NCBI RefSeq assembly: GCF_006345805.1
Contig: NW_021833269.1
Coordinates: 1-64,000 of the forward strand
Length of the DNA: 64,000 nt
Reading direction: 5' to 3'
DNA from: Octopus sinensis
Lineage: Eukaryota
Below, piece by piece: positions 24,315 to 38,679 of the stretch; the stretch's first letter is position 1, and each line of letters opens with the position of its first letter. The position numbers were made by a program, and so were the translations under genes. The notes beneath the pieces were generated by a model, which was given only the letters and a program-made list of their open reading frames with translations, ran no database searches and was not told the origin of the DNA.

Positions 24315-24934
24315 TTAACTTCGGCCCAGTGCGTCCATGCTGCCAACAAAGCACGCGGAATTCTGTTCTTGATTCGACGGTCATTCGGAATGCTCACAGC
24401 AACCATATTCCTACTCTATGTCACGCTGGTGAGACCCATATTGGAGTATGGGATTCAAGCCTCTTCTCCTTATCTCCTCAAAGACATACAGCATCTCGAA
24501 AGAGTCCAGAAGCTGGCTACCCGCATGGTTCATGGTCTCAAAAATTTGTCCTACGAAGAAAGGCTGAGGACGCTCGACCTTTATTCCCTGGAAAAACGCT
24601 GCCGCCGTGGTGATCTCATTCTCGCCCACAACATCATAAGCGGAAAGTGTAACCTCTCGAGCGTCGGCTGCGAGGTCATTCCGAAAAGCTCTACCTGCGA
24701 CGATTTCATCTCAATCGAAGGAGAGGAGCTTTCTCCGTCCGGGTTGCGGATCCGTGGAACAAGCTGCCAGACGAGATGGTGAAGATGCCGACGACCGCTC
24801 AGTTCAAAGTCTCCCTTGACCTCAAGTGGCCTGAACTCTTTACATGAACACCACCCTGTACTTAACTCCATGTCCCCCTACATGGCCTTGCTATTTGCTT
24901 TTGAGCCAAAAAATTAACTAACTAACTAACTAAC
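24315..24934 (+). mobile_element. CR1-clade LINE, 5'-truncated 3' fragment with (TAAC)n tail
   Basis: Translates ANKARGILFLIRRSF..LVRPILEY..LERVQKLATRMV..LSYEERL..RRGDLI, then RGH..RVADPWNKLP..FK..LD; flanked by a 66-bp direct repeat. Confidence 0.9.
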
Positions 24935-25213
24935 ATATAGAGGCGTGGGCCTAGATTATTTACGTTTACCCTAAATATTTCTGCCACGGTTACCAAACTG
25001 GAAAAGGGCAGAACATGTGGGTTTCTCCTTGTCCCCCAATAATTTCCTTAACAAGTGGGACTTTTATAAAAAAAATATCAATGAAGTAATGAATGAAGCC
25101 GAAAGTGTCTGACCCTCAATCATTTCAGGCTCCTCAAACAAACAACCCCTTTCCCTATAATTTCTAGACAGAAGAATACTGTCTGTCCTGCCTTGTTAAA
25201 GTGAGAAATTGAT

Positions 25214-25775
25214 ATGATGATGACGATGATGATGAAGATGATGATGATTGTGTTGATGTTGATGATGATGATAATGATGATGATGTTGATGTTGATGATG
25301 TTAATGTTGATGATGATGATGATTATGTTGAGGATGATAATTATGCTGCTGCTGCTGATGATGATGATGATGATTATGTTGATAATTATGTTGTTGTTGA
25401 TGATGATGATGATGATGATGTTGATGATGATGATGATGTTGATTATGGTGATGATGATGTTGATGTTGATGATGATGTTGATTATGGTGATGATGATGTT
25501 GCTGTTGATGATGATGATGATGATCATCATCATCATGGTCATGATTATGTTGATGATGATGATTACGTTGTTTTTTATGATGATGATGATGATGATGAAT
25601 GTGATTATGTTGATGATGATGATAATTATGTTGTTGTTAATGATGAGGATGATGATGATGATGATGCTACTGATGATGATTATGTTGATGATGATGAGGA
25701 GGAGGAGAAGGAGGAGGAGGATGGTGCTCACGATCCTGAACACCATCATCACCATAGCCATGATCATAATCATGT
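25214..25775. repeat. Degenerate (GAT)n microsatellite
   Basis: Seen directly. Confidence 0.95.
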
Positions 25776-26548
25776 TCACTTGTATAGACTCAAAAACTTA
25801 GTCGAAATTATAAACTTTTAAATTTTAGTTTAATTTTAATTACAAAACAGGTGTATCATGTATAATTATTTAATTAAAACAGAAAACACTAATTAAGACC
25901 TAGAAGATAAACACAGGTAAAAATGTTGCCAAAATATTCTAAATATAATCAAATCAGAGTTTATTTTTTAATTATTTCTTATCTTCTCAGACTTGTCGTT
26001 CAATTCACGTTTACATTTTTTTAAATGTTTTAAATCCATTTTAATTAATTTTATGTTTATAAATAAATATATTAAAACTTCGTTTTAATAATCGCACAAT
26101 AGATTTTATACTAAACGAAAGCTGTTTAGCAATAGTTCAATCATGACTTAGTAGATCGATACTCGCTATCGTTTCCAGTCGCAACTCTCCCGACATATTT
26201 TTACGCATTTTTCGTTCGTTTTAGGTGTCTTTATTTACCGAATCACAGCAGCGCTGTTGTGGCATATTGTGTGTCTGTGGGGGATTCTAGAGCAAAGGAA
26301 TCGTATTTCTTTTCTGGTATGAACACAATTGACTACTTACATAGACAGGAATAATGTAAATGCGGAGCAAAAGAAGTTATGGAGATGCAGAGACATGAAA
26401 GGGAACAGGGGGAAAGCGGAAGAATAAAAATGGACTCCGTTATGGACAGGAAGTATAATTATCGAACCAGAATAAATCAATGGTAAAGTGGTTTCGGAGA
26501 GATTTGAACTCGAACACAGGAATATAGATATTTTACGCCGCTTTAAAC

Positions 26549-26777
26549 CAGTGGTTCACAAAGCGGGCATTATTGCTTCCCTGGCGATAATGGGGTGGCA
26601 ATTCATGTAAAAACAACAAAATAATGGGTTTATAAGGTTGTTTTATTTCTGAAATACAGTTGGTTTGAATTTGATTCAGAAAGAGGTCTATGTTTGTGAT
26701 GGATAGTTGGGGTGGGTGCTAGGAATGTGGCCAGGGTGTCAAGCGGGCGGCAGCCCGGAAAAGTTTGGAAACCACTG
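26549..26777. mobile_element. hAT-type MITE with perfect 8-bp TSD
   Basis: TIRs CAGTGGTTCACAAA / TTTGGAAACCACTG; TSD CTTTAAAC at 26541-26548 and 26778-26785. Confidence 0.9.
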
Positions 26778-27280
26778 CTTTAAACTATATTCTGTCCTCT
26801 GTCCAGACACAGTAAGACATCCCGACCCAACATTGTTATCCGTTTATAAGACTCGAAGTTGAACTTTTGAGGAAATTTGGTAGCAACTTAGCAAACATCT
26901 AAATACGTAGTCTTTTAGCGAAAGAAATTGAAAAGCAAGAAAAATGTGCAGGTAGGGATATGAGTGAATGCTAGCATATGAAGGTATAGCGAAAGAGGAA
27001 AACTATAAGTTCTGTGATGGGAGGAAATCTAAAAGAAAATATAAAATTTGCTATTTAATAACATTTTAATACACCCCTTCTTGGCATATTATACACATAA
27101 CCACCATCCACTCTTAACACAACCAACAAGACAGCATTCCTACCTAGTTTCCAACCCATCCGCCGCATTGTCTCTCTTTCTCTCTGTCTGTCTGTCTGTC
27201 TCTCTCTGCCTCTAACTAATCATCTTTGTCACACCTTTGTATTTCTGCTTCTTCTGATAAAAGAATAACGTCTGACATAT

Positions 27281-27492
27281 TCTTCCTACTCTAGGCACAC
27301 GGCCCGAAATTTGGGGAGAGGGAGCCAGTCGATTAGATCGACCCCAGTACGCAACTGGCACTTAATTCATCGATCCCAAAAGGATGAAAGTCAAAGTCCA
27401 CCTCGGCGGAATTTGAACTCAAAACGTAAATACAGACGAAACACCACTAAGTATTTCGCCCGGCATGCTAATGTTTCTGCCAACCCGCCGCC
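27281..27492 (-). mobile_element. SINE family B, alternative 3' tail
   Basis: Same head and centre as 24015-24247; tail CCCCAAATTTCGGGCCGTGTGCCTAGAG on minus. Confidence 0.85.
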
Positions 27493-27729
27493 TTAACGTC
27501 CCAAATATCATTCAACTTTCTATTTTCATAAAAGCATTAAGATTATACCATATTTATTAATTTAAATGATAAATATAAAAATGCAATTTAATAAAAATGT
27601 TATGTTTTTCTTTTAGCGTTCATCAATCATCGAAAATCTCTTTCTCTCTCTCTCTCTTTCACTATTTCTCTCTATCTCTCAATTTCTCTCTGCCTACACA
27701 CACACACACACACACACGCGCGCGCACAC

Positions 27730-27784
<55 letters not shown>

Positions 27785-27800
27785 CGTGTGTGTATGTGTA

Positions 27801-28115
27801 TTCCACAAATTTAGCAATATTTCCGTAAGATTCTTAAACAAAGCAGGAAAAAATGTTTCTTAGATGTACTACCGCAACAAAATTATTTTGCTAACTTTAA
27901 AAGTCACCAGCCTTATGGCTTAAAATTTTACACAGTTCTAAAGTGGTTTCTAACCATTTCCCTTGAAACCACTTTAGAACTGTGTAAAATTTTAAGCCAT
28001 AAGGCTGGTGACTTTTAAAATTAGCAAAATAATTTTGCTGCGGTAGTACATCTAAGAAACATTTTTTTCCTGTATTGTTTAAGAATCTTACGGAAATATT
28101 GCTAAATTTGGGGAA
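27801..28115. repeat. Near-perfect inverted repeat, 150-bp arms and 14-bp spacer
   Basis: 27801-27950 versus reverse complement of 27965-28115, few mismatches. Confidence 0.95.
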
Positions 28116-28833
28116 AAGATATCAACCTAGAATCATAAACAGTATCAGCTGTATTTTAATTACTGTGATTTAAAACTGAGTTCAGTGACATTTTAGTTTG
28201 AAATATGAATTATATAATAACAAAAAACAAAAAAAAATAACAGAAAAAAATATCCCATTGTAAACAAAATGTGCTTTGATAAAAATTGTAATTGTTTTCG
28301 TTCGATTCATTTCTATTTCGTATTAAACGAATTTTAACAAGTTTATAATACCTATTTTCATTTCTTCGTATGTTGCATGCATCGTCTTTCTTGTTTCCTT
28401 TCCAGAAAATTGATTGTAAAGAAAAGGAAAGATACAAACGTAAGAATTAAAAAGTAATTCAAAGAGAATCCCAAATTACATGTTACGTAAACATTTCACA
28501 TTTATACATGTATCTCTCTTCAAATACGAAATCTATTTCAATCAAAGACGTAAATTAAATCGATTATCTTTATTTATTTTTTTAAATATTACAAACATTG
28601 AAATAATCCTAATTACTTTTAGAAAATTATATTCCCAATGTCAAACTGCAAAAACCACAAGTAAAAACAAAAAAAAGTTTAAGAAATTACCATATATCTT
28701 TCGTTTAAATATTACAATATTGTTTATAATCTTATAAGGGATTCAAATTCACGGTAAATGAAATATATATATATATATATAATAAATATATACATACACA
28801 CAACACACACACACATTAATATATTATATATAT

Positions 28834-28879
<46 letters not shown>

Positions 28880-29256
28880 TATATATATATATAATATATA
28901 CATGTATATATATATATATTATATATATATATATATATTATTATATATACATATATATACATATATATATATACACATATATATACATATTCATATATAA
29001 TATATATATATACATATATATATATACATATATATATACATATATATATTATATATATATATAATATATATATATATATTCATATATATACATACGCATA
29101 TATATATATATTATATATATACATACAAATAATATATGTATGAATGTATGTATATATACACACAACTATTGGGAAAAAAATTTCTACAGGTTTTTTTCCC
29201 TATCCTAACAGGATCGCACGCACACATCACCAACTCACGTATGCACACATACATTG

Positions 29257-29290
<34 letters not shown>

Positions 29291-29650
29291 ATATATATAT
29301 ACATATTATATATAGATATGCATGTGCATATACCCCTATATTGCCAAACATTTCTATTAGCATACATTCGAATGAGTGATAATAAACGAAATACATTCAC
29401 CGGGAACACATGAGATAAAAATGGAGAAGGGAATACGAAGAGAAATGAAGTTCATAGATATATAGCAGAGATATGAATAGGTGTATATATCATATATCAT
29501 AGAAACACTTCATAATTAATGTATTAATTAATTATTAATTATGAACAAAAGCACTGAGAACATGATATAACTTGTTACGTCCTTTTCTCAAAGATGGAAA
29601 TTGAATTTCGGATATATAGATATCATCGTGTATTTCGAGACATTTTATAT

Positions 29651-29961
<311 letters not shown>

Positions 29962-30593
29962 AATATATCTATCTATATATCTATTTGTCTATCTATCCAC
30001 CCATCCAATCATCCATCCACCTATCTATATACCTGCTAGATTACCACCCTACCTACCCTACCTACCCACTCTCCTACTTATCTACCTCCCTACAAACCTA
30101 CTTATCTGTCTATCTATCTACCTATTTATCCATCTATTTATCCTCCAAGCTGTATGTACATATATATACACTTATATACCCATGCACTCACATACGCGCA
30201 TATACATACATACATACTTATATATATATATATATACACACTCATATACATAGAGTTATATACATTAACTCAAATACATGTATGTGAATGTCTAGCCGTA
30301 TGTCTGCACACACATTTATTTACGTATATGATATACCGTAATACAGTATAGAACGAGAATTCGGATGTGGCAAAAATTTTTTACGGAAGTCGCGATTAAC
30401 AGTATTTAGAATAGTGCACGCGGAATATTAAAGAGATGGGGGGAGGAGGGAAAGGATATTGCATACGCACAGAATTCGTAGCACTTTATATATATGCTCT
30501 ATCGTCAACAGAGAAGACTATTTACAAAATAGCAATTTGGTATATATACATATATATATAATATTATATATGTATATATATATATATGTATGT

Positions 30594-30627
<34 letters not shown>

Positions 30628-30867
30628 GATATAATATATATATATTATATATAGAATTAAGATGTATATGTGGGTAACACACAACCCACACACACACACA
30701 CATATATGCATTTACTAATATTGGGGAGGAAAAGCCGCGTGAACTGTGTTGGCGGTAATATTTATCATGAGTAATTAATCTTTCAGATTTTCTGTCAACT
30801 ACCATTAGTAGAGATAATTCTATGTATATGTAAAAGAGTGAATATATATATGTGTGTTTGTGTGTGT

Positions 30868-30899
<32 letters not shown>

Positions 30900-31419
30900 A
30901 TGTTTGTATATATATATAGTTAGATAGATATGTACGTAAGTATATTAGATATAGATATACATAGATATATTTATATATAATGTGATATATATATATGTGT
31001 GTGTGTGTATACGAATGCCGGCGTGGATACGATGATATACCGTTATGTATTATTGTACGTATAGGTATTGGATAATGTATATATATAAATTTTGTGCTTG
31101 ATTATATATATGGTGCTATATTAATATTATAGCATAATATATGTATATAATATGTATATCCATATATATATTATGTATATAGAGATTATATATTGTTGTT
31201 ATATATATATGTCTATCTATAATGTATAGCGAATATAATATATATTATATGTATATATATTATATATATATATGTATATATATATGTATATATATATGTG
31301 TATATATATTATATATATATATATATCTATATTATATATAAATATATGTATATATATATATATATGTATGGATTTATATATATATATATATATATATATT
31401 ATTATATATATTATATAAA

Positions 31420-32682
31420 TATAATTTCAAAATTGAGGGTAAAATTAATTAATTATTAATCAATTTCACCAGTATTCAGTGTAAAGGGACCTTAAGGCGA
31501 ATTCAAATTATACATTATATAAAAGGGCTAGTAAAATAATTACTTTGCCACATACTGAAACTTCATTAGAAATAGTAGCTAAAAAAACTGTTTTAAAACA
31601 TTTCTAATACTTAAAGAAAAATCTCTCTCATAAGTGTTTGCTCAATTCAACTCACGAAAGTATGGGGGTAAAGACATTAAAAAAATCAAATGCAAGTTAT
31701 TTGAGAACGTACGTTTCAAGGTTAGTCCAATCGACATTTCTTCATCAGCTCAGAACTCCTTGGTTTTGATTTGAAAACACTGAAAGTGAGAGCATACCCT
31801 TTCGGCTCTTATCGCTTCTGAAGATCTGCTCGAAAACTAACAGTGCCAGCAAACCCAACATAGCCAGCGAAGAATCCAAACCAAGGAGTTCTGAGCTGAT
31901 GATAGAAATGTCGAGTTGACTAATCTTGAAACGTACGTCTCAAATAACCTTTGCATTTGATTTTTTAATGTCTCTACCCCAACTTTCGTGAGTTGAATTG
32001 AGCAAACACTATATGAGAGAGATTTTTTTTTAAGTATTAGAAATAGTTTTAAAAAAGGTTTTTTGCTACTATTTCTATGAGTTCAGTATGTGGCAAAGAA
32101 ATTTATTTTACTAAGCCCTTTATATAATATGTAATAATTTGAATTCGCCTTAAATGGTCCCTGTACATACTGAATACTTGGTGAATGATTAATAATTAAT
32201 TAATTTCCCTCAATTGTTGAAATTATAATTATCTATCTCTATTTAATGCTTCGGATTTACCGAAAAGCAATAGTGTTTACTGATTTTAACCCACGCTGGT
32301 GGAAAGGGGAGGGAGAGCAGAAATTCTTCGCTGCATATGTTGGGTTGCTGGCACTGTTAGTTCGAGCAGATCTTCAGAAGCGATAAGAAGCCGAAAGGGT
32401 ATGCTCCCACTTTCAGTGTTTCCAAATCCAAACCAAGGAGTTCTGAGCTGATGATAGAAATGTCGAGTTGACTAATCTGAACACGTACGTTCTCAAATAA
32501 CCTTTGCATTGATTTTTAATGTTTTACCCCATACTTTCGTGAGTTGAATGAGCAAACACTATATGAGAGAGATTTCTTTAAGTATTAGAAATAGTTTTAA
32601 AAAAGTTTTTTTTTTTTTGCTACTATTTCTAATGAGTTCAGTATGTGGCAAAGTAATTTATTTTACTAAGCCCTTTATATAA
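31420..32682. mobile_element. Three-copy Penelope-like pseudo-LTR structure (P4): one inverted and two direct copies
   Basis: 31420-31875 (-), 31873-32226 (+) and 32320-32682 (+) are homologous; bounded by (TA)n. Confidence 0.75.
31702..31752 (-). ncRNA. Type I hammerhead ribozyme candidate
   Basis: UGAG-CUGAUGA-(24 nt, imperfect stem II)-GAA-ACGUACGU-U/CUCA; damaged counterparts near 31892 and 32444 (+). Confidence 0.6.
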
Positions 32683-32707
32683 TATATATATATATATATT
32701 ATATATC

Positions 32708-32759
<52 letters not shown>

Positions 32760-33441
32760 GAAGAGAAATAGAAAAAGGCGTGGGGAGAAGAAGCAGGGAT
32801 GGATAAGAGGAAATCTGAGCAGGTGCATGAAAGAAAATTGCTTTTCCTTCTGAATTTTTTATTCTATTTACTGTTGTATCCATTCTAATAATTTATTTAG
32901 ATTACATTGTGTTGTTGTGGCTCAACTTTTATATCGTCTTCCTACTCATGTATTATAACTAAAAGATATATCGAGCATTTAGTCACCAGAATATACAAGA
33001 CTTACTGAGAGAAATATATTGATGTATTCATACTTATAACTACTGCACCCGTATATATATAAAGATAAGTCTAGAAATTTGTGCTTACGTGTATGTATAA
33101 ATACATGCATACATTTTTATATATATATAGATATATATATATATATATATATGCAGATATATATACACTATTTATACACATATATATATAACACACCATA
33201 TATACCACATATATACACACACATATATATACATACTATATAGATATATTTATATATACACACACATATATATACATATATAAACATAAACAACACACAT
33301 ATATATATATAATACATATACACACACACACAAATATATATATATATACACATATATATATACATATATACATATACACACACAGATATATTATACATAT
33401 AAACATATATCTATATATACATATATATATGTATAACATAT

Positions 33442-33512
<71 letters not shown>

Positions 33513-33766
33513 TATATATAAAATATAAACTTGATAAACTTAGATATGTTTCGACCAAAATGGTCCAGGCCATGTCTAACTTATAGCACCACCTGATAGG
33601 ATTATTCGAATCCTGTTTAAGTCATGTTTTTTTAAGTCAAGTTTTGTTCAAGTAGTGAGTTCTTGTTGGGTGATATAATATATATATATATATATATTAT
33701 GTATATATATATATATAATATATGTAGGTATATATAAATACACATATATATATATACATATACATG

Positions 33767-33810
<44 letters not shown>

Positions 33811-33851
33811 GTATATATTATAAATTACACATATATAATATATATATACAT

Positions 33852-33889
<38 letters not shown>

Positions 33890-34868
33890 ATATATATATA
33901 TACTAATATGTATGTATGTATACACATATGTAAATGCATGTATGTATTTATATGTACTTATATCTGGCCTAATGCGTTCGGTTCATGATGGTCGGAAAAT
34001 ATTCTTGCGGCATGTTCTCCAACAGGGTTCAGATACCACTAAGGTCATTTTTTTTACCTTTTATGTTGTTGAGGTGAATGAAATTAAAGACGATTGAAAT
34101 ACTGGAGTCGATAAATCGATTATCGATATTCACTCAAAAATAGCTGGTTTGTGTTTACATCAGAAATATTTGTTAGACAATGATGACTTTGCAGAATCGT
34201 AAAGCGCCCCTGTACAAATACTTTGTCACGTTCGTTCTGAGATCGAATCTCGCTATGGTCAACATGGATTTCATTACTTTTATAGCCAGTAAATTATAGC
34301 AATAATTTAGTATTGGGGTCAACGTAACAGACACGCTTAATTCTCTTAAAATATCTAAACTTGTACCTCAAATCAGAGAACATTATTTTATATTATTTCA
34401 GCTTCAGTTCTTCAAGTTTCACTTCAAAAAGAAAGTGAGGGTAGAGATGGAAGTGTTGTCTTCTAGGAAATATGTTGAAAAGTTGGTGGATGTTGGAAAA
34501 ATGACCAACGTGAATGTCCCAATTGTGAGAATACACCTATAAAAAGAATAAAAGGAGAATGGCTCTTGCCTGTTGATCTGGCACCCGTAGTTTTTGTGTT
34601 TTTTCCACAGGTAACATTTAAAGCGCCCATCCACCTGTTGGGAGTTTTACTTGTTAATTTATTTTGTTTTTTCATGTTTATGCGAATGTTATGTAGATAG
34701 GAATATAGGCAGATGAACACAAACGTACTTAGTTGCAGTACAAAATACAGATTAAACAACAAAGGAAATAGTTGAAGTTATGTATAATTTTATCTCGACA
34801 GCTGTTTCTAGAACACGATGGACATATATATATATACACACACACATATATATATATACATTCATACT

Positions 34869-34911
<43 letters not shown>

Positions 34912-36058
34912 ATATATATATATATATATATTGGAATATATATATATATTGGAATATATATATACACATATATAAACATATATATTCATATATCTATATG
35001 CATATGTGTGGGTATGTTTGTGCCTATGTTTCACCCTCCCACGACAAAGCTTGTCACCTTGTGTTTCTTTGTTTATGTCCCTGGAACCCAGCGGTACGTT
35101 AAACAACATCGATGGAATAAGTACCTCACATAAAACCGAAGAAAAAGAATCAGAAATACTAATGTCAATTTATTCGGCAAAAAAAACTTTCAAGGCATTG
35201 CTCCAGCTTAGCCGTAGTTCAATAATCGAAACAAGTAAGATAAAAATATTTAAAGAACTCATTGAAGCTTCCGTCAATTTTCACTTTGTTTACGATATCT
35301 GGCGCTGGTTTTCACCCGTTAGCTACAAATACGAACAAACAAGTCTATTTCAGATACAAATTTCGCTTTTTCCGGGAACGTTGATAATTTGAATACATGT
35401 TTATGTAATTTTCCAAGTGTTTATCATTCGGAAATATAATTCCGTTGTGTCCATAACCCACCCACCCCGAAAAAAAACGCCATGTTGTGTTTCTGTTATA
35501 TTATGATATCTATTCAATAATTGGGTTTTCATTTCAGATTGTTTACGTTGTATTATAATATTACATGTTATATACTTATTATATTTTACGAAATATTTAG
35601 ATTTCCGTGTGTCAATGTGTCTGTTGCATAAATATATATATATATATATATATACAAAGAGAGTGACAGACAGAAAGAGAGAGGGTGAGAGAGCTGGTGA
35701 GTGAGAGAGAGAGTGTATGTGTGCGAGAGATAAATAGATATACATACATATGTATATGTATATATATATATATATATAATATATATATCTATATATATAT
35801 ATATATGTATATATATGCATACATATAATATTGTTTATGTTTATATATATGAATATATATATATACATATATATGTATATGTATCACATATATATGTTAT
35901 ATTTCTATGTGTATATTATGTATATATATATATGTATATATAGTATATATGTATAAATATATATCTATATGTATATATTTGTATATATATATATATATAT
36001 ATACATATATTACATACATATGCATATATATATATATGCATACATAGATATACATATA

Positions 36059-36442
36059 CTAGCAGTATCGCCCGGCGTTGCTCGGGTTTGTAAGGGAAAT
36101 AACTATAAAGCATTTTTAGAGAGTTATAGCCAAAAAATAGCAAAAAAATGGAAAAAAAATTATGGTAAACTTTTTTTGAGAGTTAAAACGGTCGAGTTGC
36201 ATCCCCTAGACAGTCTGTGGTTTGTGTTTCTGATTCTCGACCCCATGTCGAATTTATCGATTTTTTTCAGAACTGGGGGAACTTTTCAAAATTTTCTCTG
36301 CGTTAGTTTTGAATTATGACATTGGGCTATGTGTGTGTCAAGTTTCATCAGAATCGGTTGAGAGCCGTTGTCAGGGTGAGGGTACAAGCAAACAGACACA
36401 CAGACACACACACAGACAAACTGCCGTTTATATAGAGAGAGA
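36059..36442 (-). mobile_element. Non-autonomous Helitron
   Basis: On minus: 5' TC, 3' CTAG, subterminal hairpin CCCGAGCAACGCCGGG about 11 nt before the end; inserted between A and T, no TSD. Confidence 0.8.
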
Positions 36443-36939
36443 TGTATGTTATACACATTTTCGCATGTGTATGAATGTATAAATGAAGAGACTGTCTGTC
36501 TAAAAGAGGAAAATATTCATATGGAAAAAGAGAGACAGAGTTGGTGGGAGCGACAGAAATATAAGCTACATAGACCAATAGATTAGTACATACATAAAAT
36601 TATATTCCTTCATAAATACTTGTACACATATATAGAAGCATGCGGCCGTCACATTGTGTCTACGATTTACCATTATGCTGTCAAAAGCTGCTGCTTTTGA
36701 CGCTTGGTACCCAATCCTACCATTAGCACTGTCATGACATCAAATCAACTGTCTGAGAATTCTTTCGAGATATAAACGGTAAGTTCCATTTAGTTAACTG
36801 AACGATAAGTATTTGATTGATGACTAATATTGTTAAATAGACCAACATTATTGAACTTCTGTTCGAAACAAACTGATAAACAGTGATTTCGAATATATAA
36901 CATTTTGCAACATCAAACATAGTGTTGTGTTCAATACCG

Positions 36940-37132
36940 GAAAATTTGCACACGCAAATGCTTAGCAGTAACTCACTGTCGCTACGTTCGGAGCTGAAAT
37001 TCCGACAAGGTCCTCCTTGCTTTTTATGCTTTCTCGGTTGATGAATTAAGCACCAGTGAGACACTGGGGTCGATGTAATCGACAAGTCCCCGACCCCCAA
37101 ATTTCAGCCCTTGTGACCTTAGCAGGAAGGAT
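36940..37132 (+). mobile_element. SINE family B (alternative tail), degenerate
   Basis: CACTGGGGTCGATGTAATCGAC and CCCCAAATTTCAGCCCTTGTG. Confidence 0.6.
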
Positions 37133-37191
37133 TATTATTATTATTGTTGTTGTTGTTGCTATTATTATTATTATTATTATTATTATTATCA

Positions 37192-37974
37192 TTCAGTAGT
37201 TTTATTTTTATATCGTGCTTTCACTTCACTACCGAGCGCAGCTCTGTGTGCCTTGGGTATGTGCTGTGATTTGTTGTGATGCTCTGATGGTTATTGTATG
37301 GAAAGTGTTCTACGTAGGATGTGTGCAGTGCCTAGTAGTGCAATTTTCTGTAAGTGTTTGTAAGTCCTGGTGTTTTTGTTATGTATTTGTCTGAATATTT
37401 TTTATCATGCCTAATGCACCTACTATGATAGGAATTGTTTCTATTTTTAGATTCCATATTCTGGTTACCTCTATTTCCAGGTCTTTGTATTTTGAAAGTT
37501 TCTCCATTTCTTTTAGAGACACATTGTCATCTGCCGGTATTGATACATCAATTAGAAAGCAATTTTTTTCTTCATGATCTCTGACAACTATATCTGGTCT
37601 GTTGGCCTTAACTTCTCTATCTGTGTGTATAGGCATATCCCATGTCCCATATCCCATATCGGCATATCCCATATCTCGTTTTCTGTGACCTTTTCTGGTG
37701 TGTGCCTATACCATCTTTTTTCTGTTACTATTCCATAATGTTGGGATAGCTTCCAGTGTATGTAGGTTCCAACTCTGTCATGTCTGTGAATATATTCCTT
37801 CTTAGCCAGGACTGGGCAGCTAGAGATAATATGATTTATTGTTTCTTGTCCATCTCCACATATTCTGCAGTTACTTGTTATATTTCTTTTCATTACATGT
37901 TTTTGGTAATTTCTGGTGGGGAGGCTTTGGTCTTGTGCTGCAATTAAAAATCCCTCTGTCTCTGCTTTGAGTCC

Positions 37975-37975
<1 letters not shown>
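37192..37975 (-). mobile_element. R4/Dong LINE (subfamily 1), 5'-truncated
   Basis: GLKAETEGFLIAAQDQ, zinc knuckle CRICGDGQETINHIISSC, RHD, endonuclease RPDIVVRD..CFLIDVSIP..KYKDL; 3' UTR matches 7385-7478; (AAT)n on both sides. Confidence 0.92.
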
Positions 37976-38025
<50 letters not shown>

Positions 38026-38049
38026 TATTATTATTATTATTATTTAATA

Positions 38050-38185
38050 ATCTTATTTTTATCACGTGCTTTCACTGCACTAATGAGCGCAGCTCTGTGA
38101 GCCTTGGATACTTGCAGTGGTTTGTTGTGATGCTCTTATTTTTACTGTATTGAAATGTTTTACGTAGGATGTATTCTATGCACAC
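38050..38185 (-). mobile_element. R4/Dong 3' end, degenerate
   Basis: CGTGCTTTCAC..GAGCGCAGCTCTGTG matches the subfamily 1 3' UTR. Confidence 0.6.
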
Positions 38186-38679
38186 AATTACGAGGTACTG
38201 GTTTCAATTCCTAGATCGTGTGATTTCCTGTGTCCTTGAGCAAAGTACTTCGTCTCACGTTGATCTGCGGTCACATCGACACATGGCGTATGGTACACGT
38301 TGTACCTTTTGAAGCAACGTCGATTTGATAAAGAGAGTGAGCTTAAAAGCATCACAGAAATTTGATCAATATAAGTAGACCATTTGTGCTCGTTGTTGAG
38401 CAGGATGTTGCAGAGCTGTCCCACAGTGAATTCGAGAGCCTAGCATCAATAGAATATGAGTTACTTGAGGTAGATTTCGCACATTTTCAAATATGAAAGT
38501 ATACAATGAAAACGAGAAATATGATAAAGGAATATGTGAGGATTTATTTTATGAGAAACAGATAGAATCTTCAACTGAGGATAAAGAATATCATATCACG
38601 AAATTCAATGGTTGGAGAACAATATAGATGTATTAGAAAGAAACACTTGTTAAACAATAAAAAGTAAAGATTCCGTACA

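Noticed and set aside
25120-25801. Poly-Ile/Met ORFs
   Set aside because: (GAT)n microsatellite.
31817-31840. Extra hammerhead CUGAAGA..GAAA
   Set aside because: The 7 nt between the core halves (UCUGCUC) cannot form stem II, and there is no stem III.
33545-33585. Hammerhead on minus (GACC-AUUUU-GGUC-GAAACAUAUCU)
   Set aside because: Stem II and GAAA are present but no CUGANGA upstream; at best a decayed relic.
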